Assembly: GCF_009914755.1 (NCBI RefSeq)
Contig: NC_060926.1
From: the human T2T-CHM13v2.0 reference genome, Homo sapiens
Reading direction: 5' to 3' (one strand)
Length of the DNA stretch: 64,000 nt
The notes below the pieces were generated by a model that did not search any database, was not told where the DNA came from, and saw only the letters and a program-made list of their open reading frames with translations. Shown here one piece after another: positions 42,186 through 56,924 of this stretch (position 1 is its first letter; each line of letters starts with the position of its first letter). The position numbers were made by a program, and so were the translations under genes.

Positions 42186-44586
42186 TATAAGTACTGTCTC
42201 TTTCCACAGTTGTTTAAAATGTATAGCACTCCCCCCACTCCCATCTTTGTTTCTTGTCCCTTAGTTCCAGGTAACACACTAATAAATTTGCATCAGGATA
42301 TACATAACATCAGATCCTTTTATAAGAGCAATCTTTGAGAGGAGGAAGTGCAGGTAGAAGGAGCAGAGATGGCAAGTCTTGAGAATTCTGAATGCCTAAA
42401 GAGGCAAGAGAAGGGGGGCCACATTTGAAAGAGAAGTGCATAAAGCACCAAAGAAGAACCTTGCCAGCTTCGTGATAGCACAGCATATTTAGAATACATG
42501 TGTAATTTGTTTGTCTGTTTATACAAAAGAAAATGCCATTTTATTAGGGCCTTTTCAGTGGCCACATGGCCATTAGTTAATCAGAAGTATAGGCATAGTT
42601 TTCTGGAATTGAAATATTAATAAACCTGAGGTTTGTGGTTCCTTGAAATTTTCCTCTAGGTACTTCATAAAAATTTGATCACTCTTAAATGTCAAGGTAA
42701 ATTTGCCTCGGTGTTCTGGCAATTTACCAACCTATGAGAACTTCATTTGAAGAATTTTGATAAATCTTACTATTTGAAGGTTGGTGTTTGGTCAACATCT
42801 ATGGACCCAAAACAATTAACCATTGCTGCCTGATCAGCACTATTCCTACAGGAAACCATGACCCCATCACAGCAATCAACTCTTCTACTACCCAGTTTAC
42901 ACCACTTACATTCTTGAAGATTCCTTCATGATCCTAGAAGATATTCTAAAGCAACACCTCATAGCCACAGATAGGGTCTATATCAGCAACTCAAAAAAAA
43001 AAAATGTTTATTCTTCCTAAAAGCTAAGGTGCTCACTTAGTTCACCAACTAAGTTTTGTAAGTAACTGAGTGGCAGAGAATTAAGAAGGGAGTTGGAAAC
43101 AGTAAGTAAAGGGAGAGTCTTAATTTGTCTCCTTACTACACTCAGAGATCTTTGGAAAGTCACATGGAAGACATTTGTTAATAATCTGCAATCAAAATCA
43201 ACATCACAGTCAAACTCCCAGTTTCAATCACACAACCCAACTTCTTCATCATCACCAGCATTCACTCTGAAATTATGAAGACAGTTTCTGCCACTAGCCA
43301 TCCAGCATAAATTCTTCTTTTCCTATTGTTCAATAGGAACTCTTGCTATATTCATTTTTTTCCATCACACACCTCCCTGACATTTTTCATGAGATTCTGG
43401 AAAATACACTTGTCACCACACAGAAGGGTGGAACCTGGTATTATCTGTCCCCAGCACACGCCCTCGGACCGTGGGGAAGGAGGCAGAGTGAATGTCATTT
43501 CCACAGATGGCCTGGAAAAATCCATGGGCCTCAAGAAATGACTGTACCCATGAAGTTATGGCAGATTTTGAAGCCTCCAGTTTTTCATTTGCTGCTTCTG
43601 CCTAGAAGCCTCCTACCACCCATCTGTCCACACTTCAGCCATTACTGCTAATCAGGAGGAACTGCTGACCTTTGGAGCAGAATTTGATTTTCTTGATATT
43701 ATTATTTTCTTTACTAAGAGAAATTAGACTCTAGTCTTGACAAAGGGCAGGGATGGAAGGAGAAACAGAGCCTCCAAGTTGTTGGGTTTTCTCTTTCCTA
43801 TGTCCTAGACAACTGTTTCCACCGAAGCCAACATCCCTAGGCAATATTCCAAAGCAGGTTAAGTGTGCCTTCTTCTGTTGGTAACCATTGTATAGCTTCA
43901 GAAATCTCTTTTTTTAGTCTCTACAGTAGAATAGAATTTCTCTTTTTTCAATGCTCCTTCATCATAGTATATTTTCTTCACTGTGCCTTATAAAAAGATT
44001 ATATTTCAACCAGTCGGGTCTACTGGATGATAATTTTCTCAAAGAAAGGGACCATGCCTTATTCATCTGTAGCAATCATAGCCCCTCAACACTGCCAAGG
44101 CGTTTGTCAAGCATTGGATTCTTATAAAATATCTGCTTATAGGTTCAAACATGTGCATCCAGAATTATTCCTCTGATATCAGTATTTAGAGCTGCATAAA
44201 AACTTAAATGATCAAGCCTTATAAAATCCCTCTAGTTTTGATTCAGGTTTGATTTCTAGTTCTACTATAAATATCTACCTCCCACGTCAACATTTTTGTG
44301 ACTTTAAATGTGATTACATTTTTGTTTGTCATGTTATGCTATAGTTGTTAGTACGAGGGACTATTTGATACTTTTGTTGAAAATGAAAATCTCTGGGTTG
44401 ACAGACAATCCGTAACAGTTAGTCCTCTTAGTGGAGAAAGAAAAGCTAAAGTTTCTTGCCTAAACTTGAGGATATCACTGCTGCTCCTATGGTTCTGGAT
44501 CTTATCAATGAATCAGTCAATCAAATGGTAAAGTTGGTTTTTGAAAAATTGTTGAGGGCAGGAAATGCCTGATGAAAATGTTCAGC

Positions 44587-46140
44587 CCTCTCCCTCTCCC
44601 TCTCCCTCTCCCTCTCCCCACGGTCTCCCTCTCCCTCTCTTTCCACGGTCTCCCTCTGATGCCAAGCCGAAGCTGGACGGTACTGCTGCCTGATTCTCCT
44701 GCCTCAGCCTGCCGACTGCCTGCGATTGCAGGCGCGTGCCGCCATGCCTGACTGGTTTTCGTATTTTTTTGGTGGAGACGGGGTTTCGCTGTGTTGGCTG
44801 GGCTGGTCTCCAGCTCCTACCCGCGAGTGATCCGCCACCCTCGGCCTCCCGAGGTGCCGGGATTGCAGACGGAGTCTCGTTCACTCAGTGCTCAATGGTG
44901 CCTAGGCTGGAGTGCAGTGGCGTGATCTCGGTTCGCTACAACCTCCACCTCCCAGCAGCCTGCCTTGGCCTCCCAAAGTGCCGAGATTGCAGCCTCTGCC
45001 CGGCCGCCACCCCGTCTGGGAAGGGAGGAGCGTCTCTGCCCGGCCGCCCATCGTCTGGGATGTGAGGAGCCCCTCTGCCTGGCTGCCCAGTCTGGAAAGT
45101 GAGGAGCGCCTCTTCCCGGCCGCCATCCCATCTGGGAAGTGAGGAGCGTCTCTGCCCGGCCGCCCATCGTCTGAGATGTGGGGAGCACCTCTGCCCCGCT
45201 GCCCCGTCCGGGATATGAGGAGCGTCTCTGCCCGGCCGCCCCGTCTGAGAAGTGAGGAGACCCTCTGCCTGGCAACCGCCCCCGTCTGAGAAGTGAGGAG
45301 CCCCTCCGCCCGGCAACCGCCCCATCTGAGAAGTGAGGAGCCCCTCCGCCCGGCAGCCCTGACGTCTAAGTGAGAACCCCCTCCGCCCAGCAGCCACCCC
45401 GTCTGGGAAGTGAGGAGCATCTCCGCCCGGCAGCCACCTCGTCCGGGAGGGAGGTGGGGGGTCAGCCCCCCACCCGGCCAGCCTCCCCGTCCGGGAGGGA
45501 GGTTGGGGGGTCAGCCCCCCGCCCGGCCAGCCGCCCTGTCCAGGAGGTGAGGGGCGCCTCTGCCCGGCCGCCCCTACTGGGAAGTGAGGAGCCCCTCTGC
45601 CCGGCCACCACCCCGTCTGGGAGGTGTACCCAACAGCTCATTGAGAACGGGCCATGATGACAATGGCGGTTTTGTGGAATAGAAAGGGGGGAAGGGTGGG
45701 GAAAAGATTGAGAAATCGGATGGTTGCCTTGTCTGTGTGGAAAGAGGTAGACATGGGAGACTTTTCATTTTGTTCTGTACTAAGAAAAATTCTTCTGCCT
45801 TGGGATCCTGTTGATCTGTGACCTTACCCCCAACCCTGTGCTGTCTGAAACATGTGCTGTATCCACTCAGGGTTGAATGGATTAAGGGCAGTGCAAGATG
45901 TGCTTTGTTAAACAGATGCTTGAAGGCAGCATGCTCCTTAAGAGTCATCACCACTCCCTAATCTCAAGTACCCAGGGACACAAACACTGCGGAAGGCCGC
46001 AGGGTCCTCTGCCTAGGAAAACCAGAGACCTTTGTTCACTTGTTTATCTGCTGACCTTCCCTCCGCTATTGTCCTGTGACCCTGCCAAATCCCCCTCTGC
46101 GAGAAACACCCAAGAATGATCAATTAAAAAAAAAAAAAAA
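44587..46140 (+). mobile_element. Full-length SVA (SVA_D-like)
   Basis: (CCCTCT)n 44586-44618; antisense Alu-like domain; GC-rich VNTR about 44990-45625; SINE-R; A15 tail; TSD gaaaa(t/c)gttcagc at 44574-44586 and 46141-46153. Confidence 0.98.
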
Positions 46141-46229
46141 GAAAACGTTCAGCAAAAGCACAAGTGGAGAGTGAACTTTGCACTTAGGAGACCATTCATT
46201 CACTCAACAAGTGATTACTGGGCACTTCC

Positions 46230-46591
46230 TGATATGGTTTGGATTTGTGTTGCTGCCAAATCTCATGCAAATTGGAGGAGGGTACTGGTGGGGTGTGATT
46301 GGATCATGGGGTCAGTTCACCCCTTGCTGTTCTCAGGACAGTGAGTGAGTTTTCATGAGATCTGATGATCTAAAAGTGTGTGGCACTACCCTCTTCTCCC
46401 TCTCTCCTGCCACCATGGGAAGAAGGCGCTTGCTTCCCCTTTTTCTTCTGCCATGATTGTAAGTTTCCTGAGCCCTCCAAGTCATGCTTCCTGTACAGCC
46501 TGTGGAACTGTGAGTCAATTAAACCTCTTTTCTTCATTAATTACCCAGTCTCAGGTAGTTCTTTATAGCAGTGTCAGAACAGGCTAATACA
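46230..46591 (+). mobile_element. MSTA MaLR solo LTR inserted in an L2 3' remnant
   Basis: 'tgatatggtttgg'...'ctaataca'; 'ccatgattgtaagtttcctgag'; TSD c(t/c)tcc. Confidence 0.93.
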
Positions 46592-46682
46592 CCTCCTATA
46601 CATAGGAACTGTCCTTGGCTCCTTGGAACTTTCTATCTGGCAAAGGAGATTCACGTTAATCAAATATTAAACACATTTAGAC

Positions 46683-47704
<1,022 letters not shown>

Positions 47705-48294
47705 AACATAGTGTTTATCATACATGTCCCTGAGGTTCAACTGGTCATGATTTTTCTTTGGTCACTCCATCCAAAGAACAAACTTTCAGTGACTGGGGGA
47801 AATTTGCCTGCTGATTCAGAAGTAACAAGTGACAAAATAAGAATTAGTGAAGAGTTTAAGCACATGCTCATTTAAGCCTTTTGAAATATTTCTTAAAATG
47901 TTTACCATATGCACTGTTAAACACGCATCATCTATTTGGAACTTGATGCAATTTAGGAAAGAGTTTGTAGAACTCTATGAGCTTCTGAATCTCTCACAAG
48001 GACAAACATCTGATTGATAAACTTTTCTAATCCTTTCTGGAATCAGGCAGGGAGTACTCTATGCTGCTGTGTCAACAATCACAATTATTGAAATCACCGT
48101 TATCTCTAAAAATGTTGTAAATATTTCATGATGAAAGGTATAAATGAAAACAAACAATTTGTCAATTTTTTATTAATATCTCCTAAAGATCTGCCAGAAA
48201 CATTCATATCATGCTGATTACCGCAAGCAATTATGTAATCACAGTTGCAATACTTGCTACAAAAGAAAAGTACCTTGTGTAAAGAATCCCTAAC

Positions 48295-48600
48295 AGGGGG
48301 GCCCATGCTGGTCAGGGTGTTCCCAAAAGGCTTCCTTGATGAGATACTGTTCAGTTGTGGCTTGAAGGATGAGTAGAGTCAGCCAGGCCCATGTGGAGAG
48401 AAGCAGGGGGTTGGAGAAGGGCACTCAGGTGAAAGGAATAGCATGTGCTAAGGTCCTGAGGCGGGAAGAAACTGACTCTTTAAACAAACTGAATAACCTG
48501 AGTCCAAGTGGACTGGAGAAGAAGGCAGACATGGTGCAGGGGATGTGAGGAACACAATGATAGAAGAGAAGGAAGATGAGTGGTTATAAGAGCCTGAGTC
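48295..48600 (-). mobile_element. L2 fragment
   Basis: 'aggcttcctt', 'cttgaaggatgagtag', 'ggaatagcatgtgctaaggtcctgaggcgggaa'. Confidence 0.75.
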
Positions 48601-50514
48601 AGGGAGCAGGAATGGAGGATGAGAAAGCAGAACCCGCTCTCTTAGTTTACATACGACATAGCCATGTTCCCTTCCCACTCCTCGAGACACAGTGAAAAGA
48701 AGCTGAAGTCAGATGAACTATGTCCTCTCTTCTGTCATAAAAGAATTCATTTCAGCCCCATTTCCTGGACTTTCAAGGTAATTGTGTTCTATGCCAAGTA
48801 TGGCCACTCTGCAGTCAGACTATTCCTGCAGTTTCCACATTGTAATGCAGCTCTCCCACCTCCCACCTACACGAAGGAAGCCATTCTTCTCAGCTACTTC
48901 AGAGACTATCTCAGTGCTACGCAGCTCCTTGCCTTCCCTAAAACACTCCCCCACTTCACTGCTCCCCACTCGGCTCCTTGCCCCCGCCGCTTCCTGGCCC
49001 TCCTACCACTCCACCAAAAAAAAATTACCCAGGCCTCAAGCCAGGAAAAGTTGTTAAACCCTGTCCTCTGCAACTTCACAGCACATTTGCTTTAATACCA
49101 AAAGAGGATTCATCTTGGCCAATGAGAGACAAATGAATATGCAGTGATTCGCCACATGCTATAAAGCCTTGCCAACAATTCCCACTGCTATGTTCTCCTC
49201 TGTTTTTATAATCAATTAAAAAGGTTTGGTTCATTAGGAACATTTTTTTCCCCTCCTGAAAATGGAAAGAAAAAGCAAGCAGCTCTCAGAAGAGGCACAA
49301 AGCTCTTCTGAGAACTGTCTAGCAGACAGAGCTTCTTACAGTAACACTTTATTTTAATGCTTCTTTAATGCAGAATTGACAACGGGACTCCCACTGAAGC
49401 CCTCACAGGAGCCTCATTCACCCTAAATAAGAATGACGATGTTGCCAAAGATAGGTCACAACTAAGATATCAACCTCAAAGCCTACCCCAAAGGAGGGAG
49501 AGTGGAAAGAGTTCTCCTTCCTTTTGTTTGCAGGATAAATCCTCTCTTTATTCTTGCACCCTCTAATCTAAGTCTCCATTTCCTTATTTAGATGAGCATC
49601 CTTTATGCATTTAGGGAATTATTCCTCAGCAGAGACACCATAGGTATCAGCTTTCTCAGAGTTGGATTGTTCTTCCCAGAAACCAAAGGGAGCCTCACTG
49701 GTTTGAATGCTCGCTTGTGGGTGAGCCCGGGAGATGTGGAAGGCATCTCATGACTAAGCAGCATGACATCGTTCACATAAGTACTCAACATCCACTCATC
49801 ACCAGCAGCAGATTGAAGGTAATGTTTTAAGAGGTTTTCAAGCTGCTGGGAAATTGTGGGTTTGAGAAATGTTCTTTAAACCTTTTGCATTTCAAATTTC
49901 ATTTCAGCCAAGATGTTGAAATGTAACTAGAGGAAGGGACGAAGGACTGATAGTTCACGCATTCCTTGCAGCTGCTCTTCACTCCTCTCACTACTGGGCC
50001 CTTCCAAAGGGCCTCCAGTCTGTTACAGTGCTAAAGCCCCACCCTGGTGTGGGAGTGGGAAGAAGTCACAAGGGGCAGAAAGAGCTGACGTTAGGAACAG
50101 TCCGGCAGAGAGTCTGCTGTGGTGTGGCTGGGGGTTGGTGCCAGGCTGCTTGGTAGCGAAAGCCAAAAGCAAATGTGGATAATGTTAACGCTGTTTTCTT
50201 AAGCAAGAAAAGTGTCAGGAGTCACAGCCGAGCAGGGAGCACAGAGAGCAACGCTGAGGCGCTCTGCTGGCTTGCTCTCTGGGAATTGATGCCGAACCAC
50301 GTTCGTTCATACCTGACGTTACATAGGCAGGGCTGGTATCCAGATCATGAGAATACTAGGAAATAAGAAGGTATTATTATCAAGCGTAACCAGGCTGGAA
50401 TTTGAGAAAGTTGCAAGGTAAACAATGTTCATCTAGCCCAAATCAACAGATAGGTGGGGTAAAGTCAAGCTACTAAAGGAAAAAGGCATATTAAAGTAGT
50501 CATCCCATAGGGAC

Positions 50515-50715
50515 AGGGTAGTGCATCATCATGGTTAAGGTCATGGAACATGAAATCACACAGAGCAGTGGTCACAAGTCTTCCTCCATTATTTTTTATT
50601 CTGTGGGACCATCAATGACTGGAGCCAATGGTAGCATCTAGCTCATAAGTTTGCTTATATTAAATAAGATAAACCAGGAAAAATACTTAACCCAGCATTT
50701 ATTAGAGAGTACTTT
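50515..50715 (+). mobile_element. MIR (degraded)
   Basis: 'atcatggttaagg...tgaaatcacacaga', 'tagcatctagctcataag', 'attaaataagataa'. Confidence 0.55.
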
Positions 50716-52334
50716 AAAAAGTGACACGCACCTGTAATCCCAGCATTAAAGGCAACCAGATCTCACCCCCTGCCAAATGCACAGTTCACCACCACCACCA
50801 CCACCCCAAAATGCACAGGTTCCATAGGCTTCTAGTCTCACATGGTTGGGATACTCTGAATATATCTCTTACCATTCCCATGAGCCTGTATGATTATTAC
50901 ATAGATTCCTTATTCTCTGACTTCATTGATTTTTCCGTTTGATTTATCATCCTCCAAATCCTTCTCAGGCTAGCTGTCACTTGACATTAGATGTTGATTG
51001 GAGAGAACGTGGCTGCTCTAGATAAACTGGTATTACCCTGGGACAAGCAATAAAGCCATCTGGAATGACTGATGGATCGTCTGAGTGTGAGTCTAGTCAA
51101 ATATGCAGAGTTCTAAGATAGGACAGAAAGGAAATACACCAGATCCAGTCTTATCCTGCCTCTGATTAAGCAGTATAAAGGGAAAGGTCTGTAATTGATG
51201 GATAAATATGACCCCTCTTTTTAGAAAAGAAGGAAGAAATGGGGAAACAGTCTCCAACACTCACTGGCATTGCAATTCTGTTCCAGGAGTATCGCTATAG
51301 AGCCTAGGAGAAATAGCAATGTACCACACAAGTCTGCTTTTCCCACATGCAAAATTACTAAAATAAAAGTCACACTCTTTAATACCAACCTAAGAGAAGT
51401 GTCAATTATAAAAATGAAGTATTTAGTAACTGCATAATTATTTAACACATTTCTCCAAATAACTCAAGTTGTTTATAAACAGGGTAAAAAACACCAGAGA
51501 GAATATTTTACTTAAATAAACCCAAGTGTTTTACTGCTAACTTTTAACTCACTTCTCAGATTTTACCTAGCAGTGTCTAGAATAAATCAATACTACGTGT
51601 CTTCATGGGCCTTATAGAATCCTTTATTAAAGTCCTAACCAGTTTGTCATTTGGATTTCCCACTCCATGGTAAGAGTATTTAAATCTCCTTTGATCAGCC
51701 ATTTTAGAAATGGTTACCCATCATTCTATTGGCACATCATTCTATATTCTCTAAAGAGCGAGTTAAAAAGGAAGGCAGAGAGGGAAAGAATGAGACCAAA
51801 TGCCAGAACTTAACCTGAAGCTCCAGCTGATTGAGATATGTGGAACAATCGTTACCACTCACCCACCAGATACCTCAATTGTCCCCATGGAGAAGTGAAT
51901 AAGGGATGGAGTATGCCTGGACTGTGACTCTAGGGAAGTTTCTCTTCATGGAATTATGAGGAGCTGAGGATCCACATCAAACTCATCCCTATAAACTAAG
52001 CCCTAGATGATCTGAAGCCATTTACCTCTCTGACTTGATATCTTCCTACTCCCTCCTTTGCAGCCTCTCAACACTCTACCACAATAGACAGAACTTGTGC
52101 AGTGACTCTCCTCACCCATTCTCCTCTCCAGGTCACATATGTCTTCCCCTCTACTCAGAGAATCGTATTTCTTCCCCTTACCTGGGTAATTCCTGCTCAT
52201 CCTTCCAATCTCAGCTTAGACCTCACTCCTCCAAGATTCTTCCCTGTCCTACCAATTAAGTGGCATAATATGACCTTCATATGTGATACTCTGCCAAAGT
52301 ATACCTTCCCCATCTTAGTATTCATCATCAACTT

Positions 52335-52770
52335 ATTAGCTGAGACTCTTTGGTTGCAAGATACGAAAGTCAGCTTGAGGGAATGTAAGCAAAATATACC
52401 AGTATGGTGTTATCTTACATAGTGCAAGGGGCAGGATTGACATCGGGCCTTAGGAAAGAACTAGAACCAGGAATTGAAAGTTGATAGGATTCTCTCTCCC
52501 TCACATTTTTGCTAACTTCTGCATATCTACTTCCTTCCTGCCAGTCTGTGGGCTAGCTTTCTCTGCTTCCCTAGCCATATGGAAAAACATGGCAGGCCAC
52601 AGATCTAGCCATATGTGGAAAATGAAATGTTCTCGAATGACATTCCCAAATTTCTGCCATAATCTTACCGGCTTCAGTTAAATTAGGCATCTAATGGAGG
52701 GCCCACTTTAGAGAAAAGTGTAATAACTAATGGATGAGTTGTTATTCAAGAAGATGTACAGCACAATCCT
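52335..52770 (-). mobile_element. Ancient MLT1L/LTR33-like LTR inside an L2 remnant
   Basis: 'gactctttggttgcaag' antisense LTR end; flanked by L2-like sequence at about 52150-52330 and 52780-52900. Confidence 0.5.
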
Positions 52771-52997
52771 GTTTGTAATTGCCTACTTGTCTGTATCTTT
52801 CACCATCAGTAAGCTTTCTAAAAGTAGGTCAGTCTAACATATCTATCTTATTCACCATTGCATCCTCATGAAATTGTGCCAGACTCATAAAACTGCTCAA
52901 TTTGTGATATAAAAGAAAGAGATGCATGTATAGTTCCCTTGATATCAGTGACTTCTTCCTAACTCCTAAATTCACTCCCATGCCTCTTTCTTTCTTT

Positions 52998-53048
52998 CAC
53001 ACACACACACACGTGCACACACACACACACACACTCACTCACACACAC
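52998..53048. repeat. Interrupted (CA)n microsatellite
   Basis: cacacacacacacacgtgcacacacacacacacacactcactcacacacac. Confidence 0.95.
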
Positions 53049-53204
53049 TACTCCTACTTTACCAACTACTTTAGTTGGTGATCTACTATATCCCTTCTAT
53101 ATTTTAATCACTGTAAAATCTTTCTTTATCTTTCACAAAGAGTCCCAGGGACTTTGCACTTTATAAGTCTCTCCACCTAGACTAACAAGAAATATAAATT
53201 ATTT

Positions 53205-53385
53205 ATTTCTTATTATGTTGCAGGCACAGCGAAAGGCATGTTACATACTTTGTGTTTAATCTTTATAGCACTCAATATTTTCACCAGTAAAGCTCAGAAA
53301 TATCTGAATAACTTGTTCAAGGTCACAACTAATAAATAACCCTGGTTCATCTGAGTGTAAAACCTGTTATCTTCCTACTTTCTAA
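53205..53385 (-). mobile_element. MIR
   Basis: 'tatgttgcaggcacag', 'gctcagaaa...aataacttgttcaaggtcacaacta'. Confidence 0.7.
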
Positions 53386-53399
53386 TCTCTCCACTCATG

Positions 53400-53555
53400 C
53401 AATCTACTAGGCTGTATACTCCTCAAATTCAATAAGCATAGCTAAATTTATTTCTATATCCTCAGAGTCTAGCATATTTCATATTTCATGTAAACATATT
53501 AAGGATGCTTAATAAATATTTGCTGTGGAATGAGTACATGAATAAATGAATGAGT
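53400..53555 (+). mobile_element. L2 3' terminus
   Basis: 'gatgcttaataaatatttgctgtggaatgag...gaataaatgaatga'. Confidence 0.75.
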
Positions 53556-54279
53556 AGATGTTCTCCACCTGGGGAAAAAGGATGCATTCACCACAGTAAA
53601 GTTTTTTTTTTTTCCCTCTGAACAACTTTGTAGACTTTATGTGTTAATAAAATACTCAATTCAAATAAAAACAATTATGTATTGGTTCCATAAAGATCAT
53701 ATGGATGGAGAACTGGAGAACTAGCTTCTATCATATAAAACTTCTCTTTAAGAAAACCGTAAAAGCTGCATATGATAAAAAAACAAAATAAAATCATACA
53801 GCAGCTATTTCAGGCTTTGAATAAACAACCAAGGTAACTAAGAGTTAGGCAGCAGAGGCAGAAAAGAAAGACAGTCTCAGGGAAGGTGGGCTAACACAGT
53901 GTGCAGCTACTGCCCTTTCAGCATTTGATAAATCCCAAGATTTGTGAAGCAAGAGGCTAATAAACGAAGCCAAACGTAGCTACTAAGAGACTAAATGTTA
54001 AGTAGAGTTTTCAGCTCTCCTACAGAGCTGAGGAGACAAAAATTGGCATTCAGGGCCTGCCAAGGACAAGGGGCCCTGGTTAACACTCCAGGTTTATCAT
54101 TGAAATTCCTGAATATCAGCACCCAAGGACTCAGGAAAAACTGAAAATAAACCAACTTCCTGCAAGAAATACAATCAATTAATTAACCAATTAATTAAAT
54201 ACTCTCTACAAAAATATAAATTGTCCAAGCCTTTAAAAATTAAATGTGAAGCCTAGAACTAAAATATACAACTGAAACT

Positions 54280-54398
54280 ACGATGGGTATGTTCATTAGC
54301 TTGATATAATCATTGCACAATGTAGACATATATCAAAGCATTATATCATATACCATAAATATATATAATTTTATTGTCAATAATAAATTAATAAAGCT
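54280..54398 (+). mobile_element. Short L1MA 3' end
   Basis: 'gatgggtatgttcattagcttgat...catatatcaaa..taccataaatatatataattt'. Confidence 0.7.
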
Positions 54399-54882
54399 GA
54401 AATTTTAATTAGATTACATTTTTAATGAAATTAATAACTCAGTAAATGGGCTATTATTAATAGCAGATTAAACACAACAGAGGAGAGAATTCGTAAACTG
54501 GGAGATAGTTCAGTACAAAATATCTAGATCGAAACATAGAGAAAAAGATTTGATGGAAAACACCAAAAAGAATGTAAGAGACATACAGACCGAGGAGAAA
54601 ACGTCTAGCACACATGTAGTTGGAGTCCCAAGAGAAGAGAAAAGAGAAAATGGGTGTAATCAGTATTTAGAAATATTGACCAAAAATATTTTAAAACTGA
54701 TAAGTCATCACACTACAGACTCACGAATCTCTACAAACCCCAAATAGGTTAAATACAAAGGAAACTACAACTAGGTGTATTGTAGTAAACCTGCTGAAAC
54801 TAAAAACAAAGAATATTTCCAAAGTCCCAAATTAATAGAATTATAAAGAAAACAGGCAAATCCACAGTTATAGTTGGAGGGG

Positions 54883-55510
54883 TTTTGTTTGTTTTTTGGA
54901 GTTTTTTTTCCAGTGTTTTTTTTTCAATTTTTTTTTATTTTTTATTTCTTCCTAAAAAAACGGGATACATGTGCAGAACGTGCAGGTTTGTTACCTAGGT
55001 ATACGTGTGCCATGGTGGTTTGCTGCACCTATTGACCCATCCTCTAAGTTTCCTCCCCTCACCCCCACCCCCCAACAGGTACTGGTATGTGTTGTTCCCC
55101 TCTCTGTGTCCATGTGTTCTCAGTGTTCAACTCCCACGACTCCCACTTATGAGTGAGAACAAGCGGAGTTTGGTTTTCTGTTCCTGTGTTAGTTTGCTGA
55201 GGATGATGGCTTCCAGCTTCATCCATGTCCCAGCAAAGGACATAATCTCATTCCTTTTTATGGCTGTATAGTATTCCATCGTGTATATGTACTACATTTT
55301 CTTTATCCAGCCTATCAGGGATGGGCATTTGGGCTGGTTCCATGTCTTTGATATAGTAAATAGTGCTGCAATAAACATACGTGCACATGTGTCTTCATTG
55401 TAGAATAATTTATATTCCTTTGGGTATATACCCAGTAATGGGATTGCTGGGTCAAATTGTATTTCTGGCTCTAGATCCTTGAGGAATCACCATACTGTCT
55501 TCCACAATGG
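54883..55510 (-). mobile_element. L1PA8-like 3' end, 5'-truncated
   Basis: 'aaaaaaacgggatacatgtgcagaacgtgcagg'; TSD-like tggagg..tttt. Confidence 0.9.
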
Positions 55511-56608
55511 AGGTTTTAAACATACCTCACTCAGTAACTAAAAGTTACTCTTAGAGTAACTGATAAAAGAGAGAACTAACAAATAAAAATGCTATGACAT
55601 ATAAAAGATTTGGCCAGCTCACTTAAGAATTTGACTGCAAAGAACAACTGTAGAATATACATTTTCAAATGCACATATATTATTTACTCAAACTGACCAT
55701 ATTAGAGGACTTAGAGTAAGTCTCAACATATTTCAATGTACTGGATACATATACAGCAAGGAAAAAAATTGTTAGCCCAATATCATTAAGGTAGAAAACA
55801 ATATAAAAGAGCTAATTTAAGAACTGCCAAACTATTTGAAAATTTTAAAATATGCTTTTAAATAACCAACAGGCCAAAGAAGAAATCAAATGTAAACTAG
55901 AGAATATTTTAATATGAATAATGAATACACAACCTATGTAAATTTGTAGGTGAAGGAAAAGCAATTCTTAGAAAATGATAGTTTAAATACATACACATAC
56001 TGCATACACAATATATGAAATATTCACATGTAATAAACTTATATGTATGTGAAAACAATGATTTAAGGTTCCCACTCAAGGAAAAGAACATGAACATAAC
56101 AGATTCTCAAAGTAAATAAAGGGAAGGAGGATAAGAGCAGAAGTCAATAAAATAGAAAGCAAACATACAATAGAACAAAACAGAGGAGGTTTCTTTCAAA
56201 ACTGTTAATAAAACTGATAAATCACTAGCAATATAGAACAAGAAAAAATAAAAAGAGACAGAAGGCACAAATAACACCAGGACATAAAAGAGAACACCGC
56301 TACAGTTTCTGCAGGAATTAAAAAAACAGAAAGAGAGTACTGTTACCCACTTCATGCCAAAAATTTGACATCTTAGATGTCAAAGTGTAAATATGCAGTG
56401 AAAACTTTTGTTTACTTAATGAAACTGACACAAAAAAATTAAAAATCTGAATAGCCCATATTAATTAAGGAAGCTTATTTTATAATGTAAATTCTATACA
56501 TAAAGTATATTACAGGCCTTGATGGCTTCATTGGTGAAACCTTCTACATAGTTGAAGAACAAATATTAAACAAACTCTTTCAGAGAATATAAAAAGATTA
56601 ACAAATAA

Positions 56609-56924
<316 letters not shown>

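Noticed and set aside
42780-43300. Isolated motifs LVNIYGP (+, APE-endonuclease-like) and CLHNF (-, Harbinger-like)
   Set aside because: No accompanying motifs (GDFN, DDE residues) and opposite strands; not enough to call an element
44990-45625. CRISPR-like array of units of about 37-50 nt with recurring gtgaggagc
   Set aside because: SVA VNTR: whole units are homologous, there are no unique spacers or cas genes, and the DNA is human
44582-46119. Cluster of long overlapping ORFs (up to 172 aa)
   Set aside because: Stop-poor GC-rich SVA VNTR and Alu-like sequence, not a gene
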